Assembly: GCA_029261055.1 (NCBI GenBank)
Contig: JAJDCA010000071.1
Location: 25,778 to 89,777, forward strand
Origin: Candidatus Omnitrophota bacterium
Lineage (GTDB): Bacteria; Omnitrophota; Gorgyraeia; Zapsychrales; Zapsychraceae
DNA length: 64,000 nt
Direction of reading: 5' to 3'
Positions 45,517 to 55,502 of this stretch are shown piece after piece. Under the pieces are notes generated by a model, which saw only the letters and a program-made list of their open reading frames with translations, was not told the DNA's origin and ran no database searches. How positions within the stretch are numbered: the first letter of the stretch is position 1; the number at the start of each line of letters is the position of its first letter. A program made the position numbers and the translations under genes.

Positions 45517-47702
45517 AGGGATATTAAGTAAAAAAGTATAAAATTAAACAGTCCTAATAAAAAGTAGTTTAAAGAATAATGCCACCAGGTGCCATAACGA
45601 AAGGTGACCGTATTTTCACCTGCCGGAAGCCAGACACCTTTGAAAGCGATGTTTGCCTGCCAGAGAGGAGTTTCTTTCCCATTGAGAAAAGCTTTCCAGT
45701 CTTTATGAAAGTTATCATTGTAGACGAGGAATTTTTGTGTATCAAAGTGTGTTTTAACCTTTATGGCGTTAGGATTAAATTTTAGAACCTGAAATTGTTG
45801 TGAATTTTCTGTGATAAGTTGATAGGTTTTTGGATGATTTTTTTCTGCGATAGGGGTAATCGTTTTTTTATTGAAATCAGGTGAAGAAATGAGGGCCAGG
45901 TTCTTTTTTTCTTTTAATAAGCGCTGGAGGTGGTTTAAATCGGTTATGTCATTATTGATCCATTGAACATCATCATAAAGAATAAATTTGTGTCGTGCAT
46001 AGGCGTCCAAAATGTTTGGGTTAATATTGTTATGAAGAAGGTTGTGCCATTTTGTCGTAATGTACAGTATGGAAGGTTTTTGGATTAAGGCGGTATTTTC
46101 TTCTGACGTATTAGTAAGGTCCTGTTTTTGAGATTCGCCCCATCGTGTAAAAGTAAAATTTTCATGAGGGGCGTCATACCTATTTGAATCTTTAGATATG
46201 AATGCATTTTGATTGATGTAGTGAAAAACTTCCATGGATTGTGTTGCTGTAAGGATAAAGAGGAAGAGGGGCACATATCGTGCCGCCTTTTGATGGAGCT
46301 TTGATGCCAGGAAGAAATGATAAACAAAAAATAAAAAGCTGAAGCCGATAACAGCATAAGAAGTGATGATGGCATTGTTGAGTTTATGAAGAAAAATAAA
46401 GGCGGCAAGGTGGACAAGGATTAAATAAAGAAAAAGACCATATTTTGTCGTTATTGTATTGGTTTGGATGTTTAAGAATGCGCGTAATTGGTCGACAATA
46501 AATAAAATAAAGACAGGTAAAAGAAATATCCATAAAAAATTGGTTGAATTGCGAAAATATTTAAAGAAAAATACATGTTGATACAAAAAATGATAAATAG
46601 GCCCCTCTGTCGATAAAATAAGAAAAAGGCTGACACCGCAGAGTAAAAAGAAAAAGTTTCGTTTATGCAAAGCTGTAAAAGCTCCCAGCAAAAGCAGTAA
46701 ATAGCCAAAAATCGGGATATGAAATAACTCTAACCCTGTTTTACGAAAATCAGGAAAAAGTTTGTCAAATTGAAGTCGTGTAATAATGCCCTGTTCACCA
46801 CCTTCAATAACAGCAAGATCAACGCTTAGGGTATTTTCGGACGAAGAGTTTGCGTGCCGCATGGGGAGAACGATGTCGTTTTGTTGTCCTTCTAAATAGA
46901 AGAAGAGTCCGGGGAGGAGAGATAGAATAAGACAAAATGTGCAAAAACTAACAAAAATTTTGTGTTTTTGAAGGAATTGATAATAGCGAAGGCAAATCGT
47001 TTTTAAGCATCGAAAATAGAGAAGAATAAAACATAATAGAGAAATTAGAAGGATAGTCAGAAAATAAAATGGGATGTACGTTGTTAAGATGATCATTAAT
47101 GTAAAAGTTATTCCCAGGCCATACAGTTTTTTTGGTTCTTGCGAAAAGGACAGTAAGAAATAAAAAAACCAGGCAATAGGGGTAAATAAGAAAATAATGT
47201 AATTAAAGAATAAAAGTGTGCCAAGCGATGAAAATAATAAGAGAAGGAAGGCGGCCAGTGCCATGGTCGTATCTTGAAATATCCGTTTAGCTAATAAATA
47301 GAAACCGCTCATCCCCAAGAAAAAATAAGCAGAGAGAAATATGAGGTAGGACGACACGTAGGGAAGCCCGGCTTTATGCAGGATCATAATGAAAAAGTAA
47401 AAGGGATTAAACGCTCCGATGCGTCGTAAGAAAAACTCATTGGGGAGGCCTGTCTGCCAGAAATGATCCCATAAAGGATAGACGCCATGACCAATATTGT
47501 CGATGTAAAATTTGATATGATCATAATAAGATACAGCATCGACAATGAGGCGCAGTTTTCCTGATAAGAAATCTTTAAAAGCAAATAGCCATAAAGCTGA
47601 TGAGATAAAAAGTAAAATAGGGATAGTTTTACGATAATTCATAGAGATAAATTGAGGCTCCTTTGCGTTCCAAATATTGTATTCGTTTTCCTTGTTTATC
47701 AA
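45471..47702 (-). CDS. YfhO-family-like GT-C membrane glycosyltransferase (polytopic, with C-terminal extracytoplasmic domain)
   Basis: ~13 TM helices. The C-terminal block FLVYNDNFHKDWKAFLNGKETPLWQANIAFKGVWLPAGENTVTFRYGTW + terminal TM matches the YfhO family C-terminus. Confidence 0.6.
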   Translation of the reverse strand: MINKENEYNIWNAKEPQFISMNYRKTIPILLFISSALWLFAFKDFLSGKLRLIVDAVSYYDHIKFYIDNIGHGVYPLWDHFWQTGLPNEFFLRRIGAFNPFYFFIMILHKAGLPYVSSYLIFLSAYFFLGMSGFYLLAKRIFQDTTMALAAFLLLLFSSLGTLLFFNYIIFLFTPIAWFFYFLLSFSQEPKKLYGLGITFTLMIILTTYIPFYFLTILLISLLCFILLYFRCLKTICLRYYQFLQKHKIFVSFCTFCLILSLLPGLFFYLEGQQNDIVLPMRHANSSSENTLSVDLAVIEGGEQGIITRLQFDKLFPDFRKTGLELFHIPIFGYLLLLLGAFTALHKRNFFFLLCGVSLFLILSTEGPIYHFLYQHVFFFKYFRNSTNFLWIFLLPVFILFIVDQLRAFLNIQTNTITTKYGLFLYLILVHLAAFIFLHKLNNAIITSYAVIGFSFLFFVYHFFLASKLHQKAARYVPLFLFILTATQSMEVFHYINQNAFISKDSNRYDAPHENFTFTRWGESQKQDLTNTSEENTALIQKPSILYITTKWHNLLHNNINPNILDAYARHKFILYDDVQWINNDITDLNHLQRLLKEKKNLALISSPDFNKKTITPIAEKNHPKTYQLITENSQQFQVLKFNPNAIKVKTHFDTQKFLVYNDNFHKDWKAFLNGKETPLWQANIAFKGVWLPAGENTVTFRYGTWWHYSLNYFLLGLFNFILFYLISLWMKQKQIEPATDPC

Positions 47703-49308
47703 ATCCGCTTAAGATGATTGCTTTGAGTTTGTCGTTATTAGCGGAAACGGTTGAGAAAAAAAGCCATACTCTTCCTTTAAGTGCGAAAGGAAGCCGTTTA
47801 TTTTCAATAACGATATTTTTGTTGTCGCCATTATTGAGGACAACAGATTCTCTAAAATATCCTGCCGTATTGTAAAGGTGGTAGACATATCGGAAAGGAA
47901 CGTAGTTAATCCCTTGATGTTCGCTGGGGGAAAAAGGGAATTGTGCGATTTTATGGCCTTCTAATAGGGAGCTGTTTCGTTTACCCAGGTTTTCTTTAGG
48001 GAGCGTGTGGCTGAAATTCATCTGGCTGGCATAGTACCAGTAGGAGAATTGCGCAGAAGAGTCAAGGAATAAAGAATCTCCGGGTTGAAAATGTTTTTTA
48101 AAGGCTTCAAGAACAAAGCGGTTATCTTCAATAACACGGGGGATGAAAAGATTTGTTAATGTTATTTCAACCGGTTTGTAGAGTAATAATGCAAAAAGGG
48201 TTAGGCCAATTAAGAACGGAGAAGATTTTCCTAAATTACTTTTATGGATAAGCTTTATTAAAAATACAATACCTTGGGCCATAAAAATGAATATGGCAGG
48301 TAATAAGAAAAGAAGTAGTCGGCTACGAAAGGGGTATTTTTGTAAGATGGCGGCCAATAGGGTTAAGACAATAGGTAATAAGAGTAGAAAAAATATTTTT
48401 CGATTTTTTTTAAATAAAGAAAGGCTGCCAAGGATAAAGAAAAATGCTGTGAGGTAAAGAGGGCGAAAACCTCCAGGGTCGCGCAGGGCATTCAGGCAAG
48501 AAGATTTTAACCATATCAGGTTTTTCCAGGCCAAGAGTGGTTGCGGCATGAGGGCGCCTTGCCATGTTACTAAAATTGTTTGGTTGTCAACCATATGAGA
48601 GAGGGATACCTTGTACAGACTGAGGAAACTTATCCCCCAAAGGGCAAAGGCTGGTAAGAGCATTAAGAGTCTGGTCCATTGTTTTTTTAGACAGCAGTAA
48701 CCCGTCAAAATTATTCCTAATCCGGCGAGAATAAAGAGGCAAGAACTAGATAGCCATATGGCTAATGCCCCTGTAATGCTCAATACAAAGATATTGAGGG
48801 GGCGTAGTTTTTCATGGTTCATTTTTGTAAAAATAAGACATAAAAGTAAGCTGACAAAAACATCGGAAGAGTATTGTTTCACTTCGGCAGAGTAGTAGAT
48901 GAGGCGTTCGGAAATGGCAAATAAGGCCAGGGCGAGCGTTAAAGTTTTTGGCCCAACAGTGTTTTTAAGAAAAAAATAAAATAAAATCAGAGATCCAAGG
49001 CCGCATAAAAGTGGGAACAGACGAAGAGCTAATTCATGATTTCCCAATAGGGTCACCATAAATTTCTCGATGAATAGAAAAATTAAAGGGGCTTTGGCGA
49101 GTTCAGGAAATATTTCGACATTCTGCCATATTTCTGAAAAGGAACGGTTCACAATAGCAATGGCCAGACAAGATTCATCCGTCCAGAGGGAGCGGTTTTC
49201 GAAATAAAACTTGAGCCGGAGAATCATTCCAAACAGGATGAGGCCAATATGGAAGACAGGGCTAATAAAGAAATTAGGTAGACGTCGGGTCATTTTTAAA
49301 ACAAACAT
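47629..49308 (-). CDS. GT-C glycosyltransferase, family 39/83-like (PMT/ArnT-type)
   Basis: Polytopic, with LWTDESCLAIAI (DE motif in first extracytoplasmic loop) and a C-terminal soluble domain. Confidence 0.55.
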   Translation of the reverse strand: MFVLKMTRRLPNFFISPVFHIGLILFGMILRLKFYFENRSLWTDESCLAIAIVNRSFSEIWQNVEIFPELAKAPLIFLFIEKFMVTLLGNHELALRLFPLLCGLGSLILFYFFLKNTVGPKTLTLALALFAISERLIYYSAEVKQYSSDVFVSLLLCLIFTKMNHEKLRPLNIFVLSITGALAIWLSSSCLFILAGLGIILTGYCCLKKQWTRLLMLLPAFALWGISFLSLYKVSLSHMVDNQTILVTWQGALMPQPLLAWKNLIWLKSSCLNALRDPGGFRPLYLTAFFFILGSLSLFKKNRKIFFLLLLPIVLTLLAAILQKYPFRSRLLLFLLPAIFIFMAQGIVFLIKLIHKSNLGKSSPFLIGLTLFALLLYKPVEITLTNLFIPRVIEDNRFVLEAFKKHFQPGDSLFLDSSAQFSYWYYASQMNFSHTLPKENLGKRNSSLLEGHKIAQFPFSPSEHQGINYVPFRYVYHLYNTAGYFRESVVLNNGDNKNIVIENKRLPFALKGRVWLFFSTVSANNDKLKAIILSGFDKQGKRIQYLERKGASIYLYELS

Positions 49309-50647
49309 AACAACAGAAAAATAAAATCGAGGGTAATAAATAAAAATAAATTCGGCTCAAAGTGCTTCTGAGCCTCCAGGATAAGTCAAAATTAATGGTT
49401 GTCAGGTAAATAAAGATTAAAATACAAAAATATGTCAGAAAAAAGAATGTAATCACTTTATTTTCTTTTTGAAAAAATTCAGAAAACCGCGGCAGGACCA
49501 TAAACAAAATCAGGCACCAGATCAGTCCCCACTTGAGGTTTACAATTTCCGCAATGACGGCTGATAATGTAATGGTTAAACCTTTTAAATTCAAGAATTC
49601 AAAGTTTTTTATTCCAGTGCCGGGAAGAATGTCTGGATTAGGCGGCGCCAGAAAAAGTTTGAAGATGAGGCAGGCCGAAAAAGTGACAATCAATCCGATA
49701 AAAAATCGGGATAATAACCTACGCAGACCCCCGAGGTCTGTTTGGTTTTTGATTTTCTCAAAAACAAGATAAAGGCAAATCATGCCTGTAAGGAGGATGG
49801 CCATGACAATGCCTTCATTTTTTGTAAAGGTTAATAGCCCCATAACAAGACCCGCTAAGATGGCGATAGAATCGTTTTTTTCACGGATTGTGAGCATGGT
49901 CAGGATTGTTGCCGCACAGAGATAAAAGGCTAAAAGGATGTCGGCATATTGGGATGAGCCTAAGAGAATAAAATGGGGTATGAGGAGTAATAGAAATGAA
50001 GCCAGGAAGGCGATTCTTTTTCGGGTAAATTGGTACAAACCGGCAAAGATTAAAAATCCACTATTGAGAGTAAATACAAACGCAGTTGCCAGGGTAATGT
50101 GATGAATAGGGCCGGGGGCAACGGCATAGATCCAGGTATTAATAAAGGGAAGGAGCAAAGGGTAATCTGGTTGCGTGTAGGGATGGAGTTTATCAAAAAT
50201 TACTGTCCAATCAGCGCCGTTGAGGATAAGGAATTTTGTTTTTGTATTGTACAAGGCCCAGGCATCCCATCCGCCAAAAGGGTATCTTTGAAACAAGAAA
50301 TAGAGGCATCCGGAAAGGATTGCGCCACCTAAAATCAGGCCGATGGAAGAAGGGCGAAAAATATTTTTTGTAAAGAAATTTTCAAACGACGGAAGTTTTT
50401 TTTTGGAATAACAAAAAAAAGATAAGGCCAGTAAGCAAACTATGTTTATGCCGATAACGGTAAATCGGTGGAAACCATTAAACATAAGAAATGAAAAAAA
50501 TGTCAGTATGGAAGAAATACCTAGGCCAAGGCCGAGGCTGAGAGATAGACGTAGCGGGGCCTTCATCATTTTGGAATCTTGAAGGATCGCATGGATTGTT
50601 AAGAATCCGATAAAGAATGAGATGAGATAAGCTAATAAAATGGTCAT
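49274..50647 (-). CDS. Polytopic membrane protein, GT-C-like putative glycosyltransferase
   Basis: 457 aa, ~11 TM, and a GGWDAW loop motif. Family not assignable by eye. Confidence 0.4.
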   Translation of the reverse strand: MTILLAYLISFFIGFLTIHAILQDSKMMKAPLRLSLSLGLGLGISSILTFFSFLMFNGFHRFTVIGINIVCLLALSFFCYSKKKLPSFENFFTKNIFRPSSIGLILGGAILSGCLYFLFQRYPFGGWDAWALYNTKTKFLILNGADWTVIFDKLHPYTQPDYPLLLPFINTWIYAVAPGPIHHITLATAFVFTLNSGFLIFAGLYQFTRKRIAFLASFLLLLIPHFILLGSSQYADILLAFYLCAATILTMLTIREKNDSIAILAGLVMGLLTFTKNEGIVMAILLTGMICLYLVFEKIKNQTDLGGLRRLLSRFFIGLIVTFSACLIFKLFLAPPNPDILPGTGIKNFEFLNLKGLTITLSAVIAEIVNLKWGLIWCLILFMVLPRFSEFFQKENKVITFFFLTYFCILIFIYLTTINFDLSWRLRSTLSRIYFYLLPSILFFCCYVCFKNDPTST

Positions 50648-51126
50648 GGTTTTTTTACAGCTAATACCTTGCCGTAGCGATTAGCATAAATCGGTACAGC
50701 GCCTATTTTATCTAATGTGTAAAGGACAAAAGATTCATGGGTGTAATTTAAAATGGTCCATGGGTGATCTGCATTATTGAAATCTAAAATTGTTGGAGCG
50801 AGCATGTTTTGAGCGCGTAAAAATTCTCCGTCATTATGTTCAGGCGACATATCTTTATTGGTTAGATAGCCGACATGTTTTACTTTGCGGAGTTTTTCTT
50901 TCAAATCAGCATAGGGAAATCCCGGTGCTATGATAGGTTTATGGAGTTTTTGGATTTGAACCAAGGTATTCACGCCCACAAAGAACATGTTGATGGCAAG
51001 AAGTACGGCCGCGAAGCCAATAATAATATTATTGTGCCGGAAAATTTTTTTCATTGATTGAGGTTTGATGCATTTTAAGAAAAGTAAGATATTTGGGTAA
51101 CCATTGTTCATGGATTTTCTTTCCAT
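50644..51126 (-). CDS. Membrane-anchored hypothetical protein (start possibly at the internal Met, MKKIF..., codon 51054-51052)
   Basis: Single N-terminal TM with 4-nt overlaps to both neighbours. Confidence 0.4.
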   Translation of the reverse strand: MERKSMNNGYPNILLFLKCIKPQSMKKIFRHNNIIIGFAAVLLAINMFFVGVNTLVQIQKLHKPIIAPGFPYADLKEKLRKVKHVGYLTNKDMSPEHNDGEFLRAQNMLAPTILDFNNADHPWTILNYTHESFVLYTLDKIGAVPIYANRYGKVLAVKKP

Positions 51127-52756
51127 CTAAAATCCATACAAATCCTTTTTGGCGGTCTTCCTTGCTGATTTGTCCTAACATGAGATCCCGGTAAGTGCAA
51201 ACTTCTTGCTCCTGTGTCCAGACAGGACTAGAAGAAAGAGTTGGAAAACGGGCAACGACATATTTTTTGAATTCTCCAGATTGATAAAGAGCTGTCAATA
51301 CAGGATCATCATTAAAATCTTTCTCCATGCAGGAGTTCCAGATGGTTTTTCCTGTTATGGGTGGCACAAGGATGTACCCTTCTGTGACTTGGGCAATTGT
51401 TTGAATGCCTCCAAATTTTAAATCGCCGGTCTCTTTGGGGTTTCGTAGAAACATGATAACATTTTTATTGCGTGCATGATTTTTGTATGTGTAAATACGA
51501 TGAATGTCATTTTTCATGAGCCAATCGTAGATGTGGGTGTTGGCCATGCGTGAGGGAAGAATGTCATTAAAAAAGATAAAACCATTAAATAATAAGTGAC
51601 CTGCAAAAATACTGGCCAGGCTAAACGCAATTATTTTTTGTTTTCGTGGAGACCACGCGGGCCATTCTTCTTTAAGGGTGTAAACGGCTATCGCAATTCC
51701 CAGGATAATACCTATGATCCATGAAAAGTAATTTCGCCCAAATTGGGCTACTTTAACAATTTCTACACAGACAGGCGTTGAAATACTGAGCAAAATAATA
51801 GCGAATATCCAAGGCCTTTTTACAGATTTTTTCGCCAAATACACGAGGCTGACAAGATAAGTAATAAACATAATGGGTGTGATGAAAAAGAAATATTTAA
51901 TAATCCATGCCCAGCCGCCCCCTCTAAACCCTTCAGGAATAGGGAAATATTCAACCAGTGCTTTCTTCCAGAGGATAAAATCATTACCCTTTTGGCTAAA
52001 CGCCAGAAAATCTATAAAAGTTTTGATGTAGGTAACAGGATCAGGCAAGGTGAAATACAAAAGGATAAGGATGGATCCTAAAAGTACGAAGACTAAATGG
52101 AGGAGGGTTGTCTTTAAATTAAATTTTTTAAAGGGGATAATAAAGTGATAAATAGCAAATGCCATATAATAGGGAAGATAGATCGGTGATGTGGGTGAAG
52201 AAAAGATCATGAAGCCTAAAAATAATCCAGATAAAAAAGAAAAGAATTTGCGAAGGCGTCCATATTGGAGAAAAAAGATGGCTACCAAACAATTCATAAG
52301 CACCAATGGAGGATGAGCGCCCTGAAGGATGTACAAATAAGGCCAGGCGGACGTAGCGAAGAGTAGAGCGGCCACAAATCCTGTCGCGGCGTTAAAAAGC
52401 TTTTTAAAAATAAAATAAAATAAAACAGTCGATATGTTTACGGCAATGATCAATACGAGGACATTAGGAAACAACGTGGTGAAATCATTGAGGAGGCGTT
52501 GCATCACAGCAATCCCTAATATCAGAGATTCTTTAAAGCGCATGATAAGCTTAAACCCGACGAGCTCATGAATTTCAGAAACATACGGCTGATTAAAAAG
52601 CCGCGTTGCCGCTGGAATGTAAGGATGATGCGAATCGGTAGGCCAGTAATTGATGTAGTAGGTGGATATGCATAAAAAAATAGTTGCTGCTAGAGAAAAG
52701 ATAAGAATGCCGCTCAGATAATACTTGGAGAAATTTGGTCGGTTCACAATAGCCAA
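51029..52756 (-). CDS. Polytopic membrane protein, GT-C-like putative glycosyltransferase (PMT_2-like architecture)
   Basis: 575 aa, ~12 TM, and a C-terminal soluble domain. First gene of the minus-strand array. Confidence 0.45.
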   Translation of the reverse strand: MAIVNRPNFSKYYLSGILIFSLAATIFLCISTYYINYWPTDSHHPYIPAATRLFNQPYVSEIHELVGFKLIMRFKESLILGIAVMQRLLNDFTTLFPNVLVLIIAVNISTVLFYFIFKKLFNAATGFVAALLFATSAWPYLYILQGAHPPLVLMNCLVAIFFLQYGRLRKFFSFLSGLFLGFMIFSSPTSPIYLPYYMAFAIYHFIIPFKKFNLKTTLLHLVFVLLGSILILLYFTLPDPVTYIKTFIDFLAFSQKGNDFILWKKALVEYFPIPEGFRGGGWAWIIKYFFFITPIMFITYLVSLVYLAKKSVKRPWIFAIILLSISTPVCVEIVKVAQFGRNYFSWIIGIILGIAIAVYTLKEEWPAWSPRKQKIIAFSLASIFAGHLLFNGFIFFNDILPSRMANTHIYDWLMKNDIHRIYTYKNHARNKNVIMFLRNPKETGDLKFGGIQTIAQVTEGYILVPPITGKTIWNSCMEKDFNDDPVLTALYQSGEFKKYVVARFPTLSSSPVWTQEQEVCTYRDLMLGQISKEDRQKGFVWILDGKKIHEQWLPKYLTFLKMHQTSINEKNFPAQ

Positions 52757-52877
52757 CTATATCTTAACTGTATGGGATAATCAACTTAAATAAAAAACTT
52801 CCTTAAATTTTGTTTTGTAGTATATAATGATTTTTATTATTTTATCTTTTTAAGAGAATAAGAAAAAAGGAGAGGTC

Positions 52878-53150
52878 ATGGTAAAAAAATTGCTTTTACT
52901 TTTTGTTGCAATTGCATTAATTGGGTGTGCCTACGAAGGGCAAGAATTAAAAACATACATTAAAAATCCACGCTGGTTTATTAAGGATCCCCATTTTGCC
53001 AACTACAAAGATAAGCGTAATGCTTTGGAAAGTTCTTATTTAAACAAAGAATTGACCTACGCGGAATATGTGGAAGAGATGAATGGGTTGGATGAGACAT
53101 ATGCGAAAGAAGTTCAGGAAAGAGATGCGAAGATTGCAGAATCGTATTAG
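52878..53150 (+). CDS. Small lipoprotein
   Basis: Lipobox LIGC, with an AAGGAGAGG RBS. Confidence 0.5.
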   Translation: MVKKLLLLFVAIALIGCAYEGQELKTYIKNPRWFIKDPHFANYKDKRNALESSYLNKELTYAEYVEEMNGLDETYAKEVQERDAKIAESY

Positions 53151-53162
53151 GGAAATGTAATA

Positions 53163-53894
53163 ATGAAACTTTTTGGTAAAAATTCGGTTATTGAACGGCT
53201 ACGGTCTAATCCTTCCAGTATTATTAAAATTTTTATTGAGCAGGGTTACAAGGATTCAGCCTACATTCATAAAAAAGCAAAACAAAGAAACATTCCTATC
53301 TTTGTCGTGCCTTCGTCTAAGATGCGGAAGGTGGGGCGAGATAAAAATACGCAAGGGGTTATCATTGATGTTGAAAATTTTCCTTACGTTCTTTATGAGG
53401 ATTTGATTCAAACAGCATTGAAAAAGAAGGTTTGCCTTGTTTTTCTTGATGGCCTTAATGATCCTCAGAATCTGGGGGCGATCATGCGTAGTTTGGGATG
53501 TTTGGGGAAGTTTGCGATAGTTCTTCCTACGCATGATTCTGTGCATGTTAATGAGACTGTTGTACGGGTGGCCTCCGGGGGGGATAATTATGTGCCGGTA
53601 GCGCAGGTATCGAATTTAAATAAAGCCATTCAGCAGGCTAAAGAGGCTGGATTCTGGATTGCCGGTTCTGTTGTGAAGGATGGCAAATCGTTGTATGAGG
53701 CTGAGTTGTCATTTCCTCTTGGACTTGTCGTTGGGTCAGAGCAGAAAGGTGTTCGGCAGAGTGTTCAAAAAAATTTAGATTTGGAAATCACAATTCCTAT
53801 GCCGGTGCACACATTATCTTTAAATGTCGCGCATGCGACGTCAATAATATGTTATGAAATCAAAAGACAATCCTTCAATAAAAGCCGCCGTTAA
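53163..53894 (+). CDS. rlmB: 23S rRNA (Gm2251) 2'-O-methyltransferase RlmB-like (TrmH family)
   Basis: N-terminal SpoU_sub_bind (NSVIERLRSNPSSI), SPOUT motifs LDGLNDPQNLGAIMRS, and VVGSEQKGVR. Confidence 0.8.
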   Translation: MKLFGKNSVIERLRSNPSSIIKIFIEQGYKDSAYIHKKAKQRNIPIFVVPSSKMRKVGRDKNTQGVIIDVENFPYVLYEDLIQTALKKKVCLVFLDGLNDPQNLGAIMRSLGCLGKFAIVLPTHDSVHVNETVVRVASGGDNYVPVAQVSNLNKAIQQAKEAGFWIAGSVVKDGKSLYEAELSFPLGLVVGSEQKGVRQSVQKNLDLEITIPMPVHTLSLNVAHATSIICYEIKRQSFNKSRR

Positions 53895-54447
53895 TTTTTT
53901 TGCAGAGACAGGCCTTCTTAAACACATCAAGCGTAGTGGATGGTGGGTGGCGGGTATTAAAGACCCGGAGAGTGTGGCTGAACATTGTTTTCGTTGCGCT
54001 GTGATGGGGTATTATTTGGCCCATTTAGAAAAAGTAGATCCTTTAAAAGTGCTTGTGATGACACTTTTTAATGATGTGCACGAAGCTAGAATTAATGATC
54101 TTCATAAAATGGGGCATCATTACATCGATTTTAGAGAAGCCGAAAAAAAAGTATTTCATGATCAGGTTAAGAATTTAGATAAGGGTGTTAAGAAAGAAAT
54201 GACGTATTTTCGCGCCGAGTATGATGATCAAGAAACCAAAGAAAGTGTGGTGGCGCGCGATGCGGATATTTTAGAATGTCTGCTTCAAGCTAAAGAATAT
54301 TATGATAACGGGCATACAAAGGCGAAGAAATTTTTTAAAAGAGCTCCGGAGCATTTAAAAACGAAGTCGGCTCAGAAAATGTGGGCCCAAATAAAATCCT
54401 GGGATAGTGGTCAGTGGTGGGAGGATGTGGTAAAGTTTGAGAGATAA
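53854..54447 (+). CDS. HD-domain phosphohydrolase (YfbR-like 5'-deoxynucleotidase family)
   Basis: ESVAEH...H...LFNDVHEARINDL gives an H..HD..D metal-binding pattern. Confidence 0.65.
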   Translation: MKSKDNPSIKAAVNFFAETGLLKHIKRSGWWVAGIKDPESVAEHCFRCAVMGYYLAHLEKVDPLKVLVMTLFNDVHEARINDLHKMGHHYIDFREAEKKVFHDQVKNLDKGVKKEMTYFRAEYDDQETKESVVARDADILECLLQAKEYYDNGHTKAKKFFKRAPEHLKTKSAQKMWAQIKSWDSGQWWEDVVKFER

Positions 54448-55207
54448 GATTCTAAGCCTATTCTTAATTTTATTTCTTACAGGGTGCAGCTCTTTAGGGA
54501 CCTACAATGCAGCTACGGGGCGAAGTGAACTTATTTTTATCCCGACTTCCGAAGAAGTGACGATGGGACGGGATGTTCATGGTAATATTATCCGCCAATA
54601 TGAATTATCTTCACAAACAGAAAAAATAGAACGTATTGAAAAGATTGGTCAGCGACTGGCGCAAATTTCAGATCGTCAAGATTATCAATACCATTTTTAT
54701 TTAATCGAAAAAGAAGAAATGAATGCCTTTACCACGCCGGGAGGAAATATTTATTTAAATACCGGCCTTGTGGATAAATTAAAAACAGATGATCAAATCG
54801 CTGCAGTTGTAGCGCATGAAATAGGCCATTGTGCGGCCAGGCATACGATCAAAAAATTTCAAGCAGCACTTGGATATAATCTTATTGGTAATATAATAAT
54901 AAATCAAGTAGAGATGGGCGATCAGGTAAAAGGTATGGCTTCTTTGGGCTCTAATGCGTTGATGACTTTGGTTTTTTCGTCTTATGGGCGCAAAGATGAG
55001 TATGAAGCTGATCGACTTGGGGTTAAGTATATGCAGTTGGCCGGGTATGATCTTCAAGCCATGGTGGAAACACTCACAATACTTAAAAAAGAGTCAAAGG
55101 GGGCGAAGACACCACTTATTTTGAGAAGCCACCCTTATTTAGATGACCGTGTGCAAGCGGTGAAAGAAATGATTGCACAAACAAACAAGCAAAGAGACAT
55201 CTTATGA
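54437..55207 (+). CDS. M48-family zinc metalloprotease lipoprotein (BepA/LoiP-like)
   Basis: Lipobox LTGCSS, HEIGH zinc motif (VAHEIGHCAARH), and a downstream E...D. Confidence 0.8.
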   Translation: MRDKILSLFLILFLTGCSSLGTYNAATGRSELIFIPTSEEVTMGRDVHGNIIRQYELSSQTEKIERIEKIGQRLAQISDRQDYQYHFYLIEKEEMNAFTTPGGNIYLNTGLVDKLKTDDQIAAVVAHEIGHCAARHTIKKFQAALGYNLIGNIIINQVEMGDQVKGMASLGSNALMTLVFSSYGRKDEYEADRLGVKYMQLAGYDLQAMVETLTILKKESKGAKTPLILRSHPYLDDRVQAVKEMIAQTNKQRDIL

Positions 55208-55497
55208 AGCGCATCGGAATAGCCGCCAGTAAGATTGCAAAAGGCAATCTTCTTCTCTATAATAGTTACGTTGTACTCATTGCTTTTTTGTTTTCTTTAT
55301 TTGTTTTTATTGTTTCCGGGGCAACAGTGGTGTTTGCGTTTGTGATTATTGCCTATCTTAGTAATGAAGTTATTCCTTCCGAAATGGAAAGGAATTGGTC
55401 TTCTGTTCGCATGGTGTGTATGGTTGTTTTAACCGTAGTTATTGGTATATTTAATCTTTTAGCTATCTCTCAAAATATAAAAATTCAAAATAAGTAA
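55204..55497 (+). CDS. Small membrane protein, unknown
   Basis: 97 aa, 3 TM. Confidence 0.35.
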   Translation: MKRIGIAASKIAKGNLLLYNSYVVLIAFLFSLFVFIVSGATVVFAFVIIAYLSNEVIPSEMERNWSSVRMVCMVVLTVVIGIFNLLAISQNIKIQNK

Positions 55498-55502
55498 ATA
55501 TT

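Noticed and set aside
50875-51057. 60-aa plus-strand ORF inside the GT-C island
   Set aside because: Antisense to the membrane-anchor gene in a tightly packed minus-strand operon, with no RBS.
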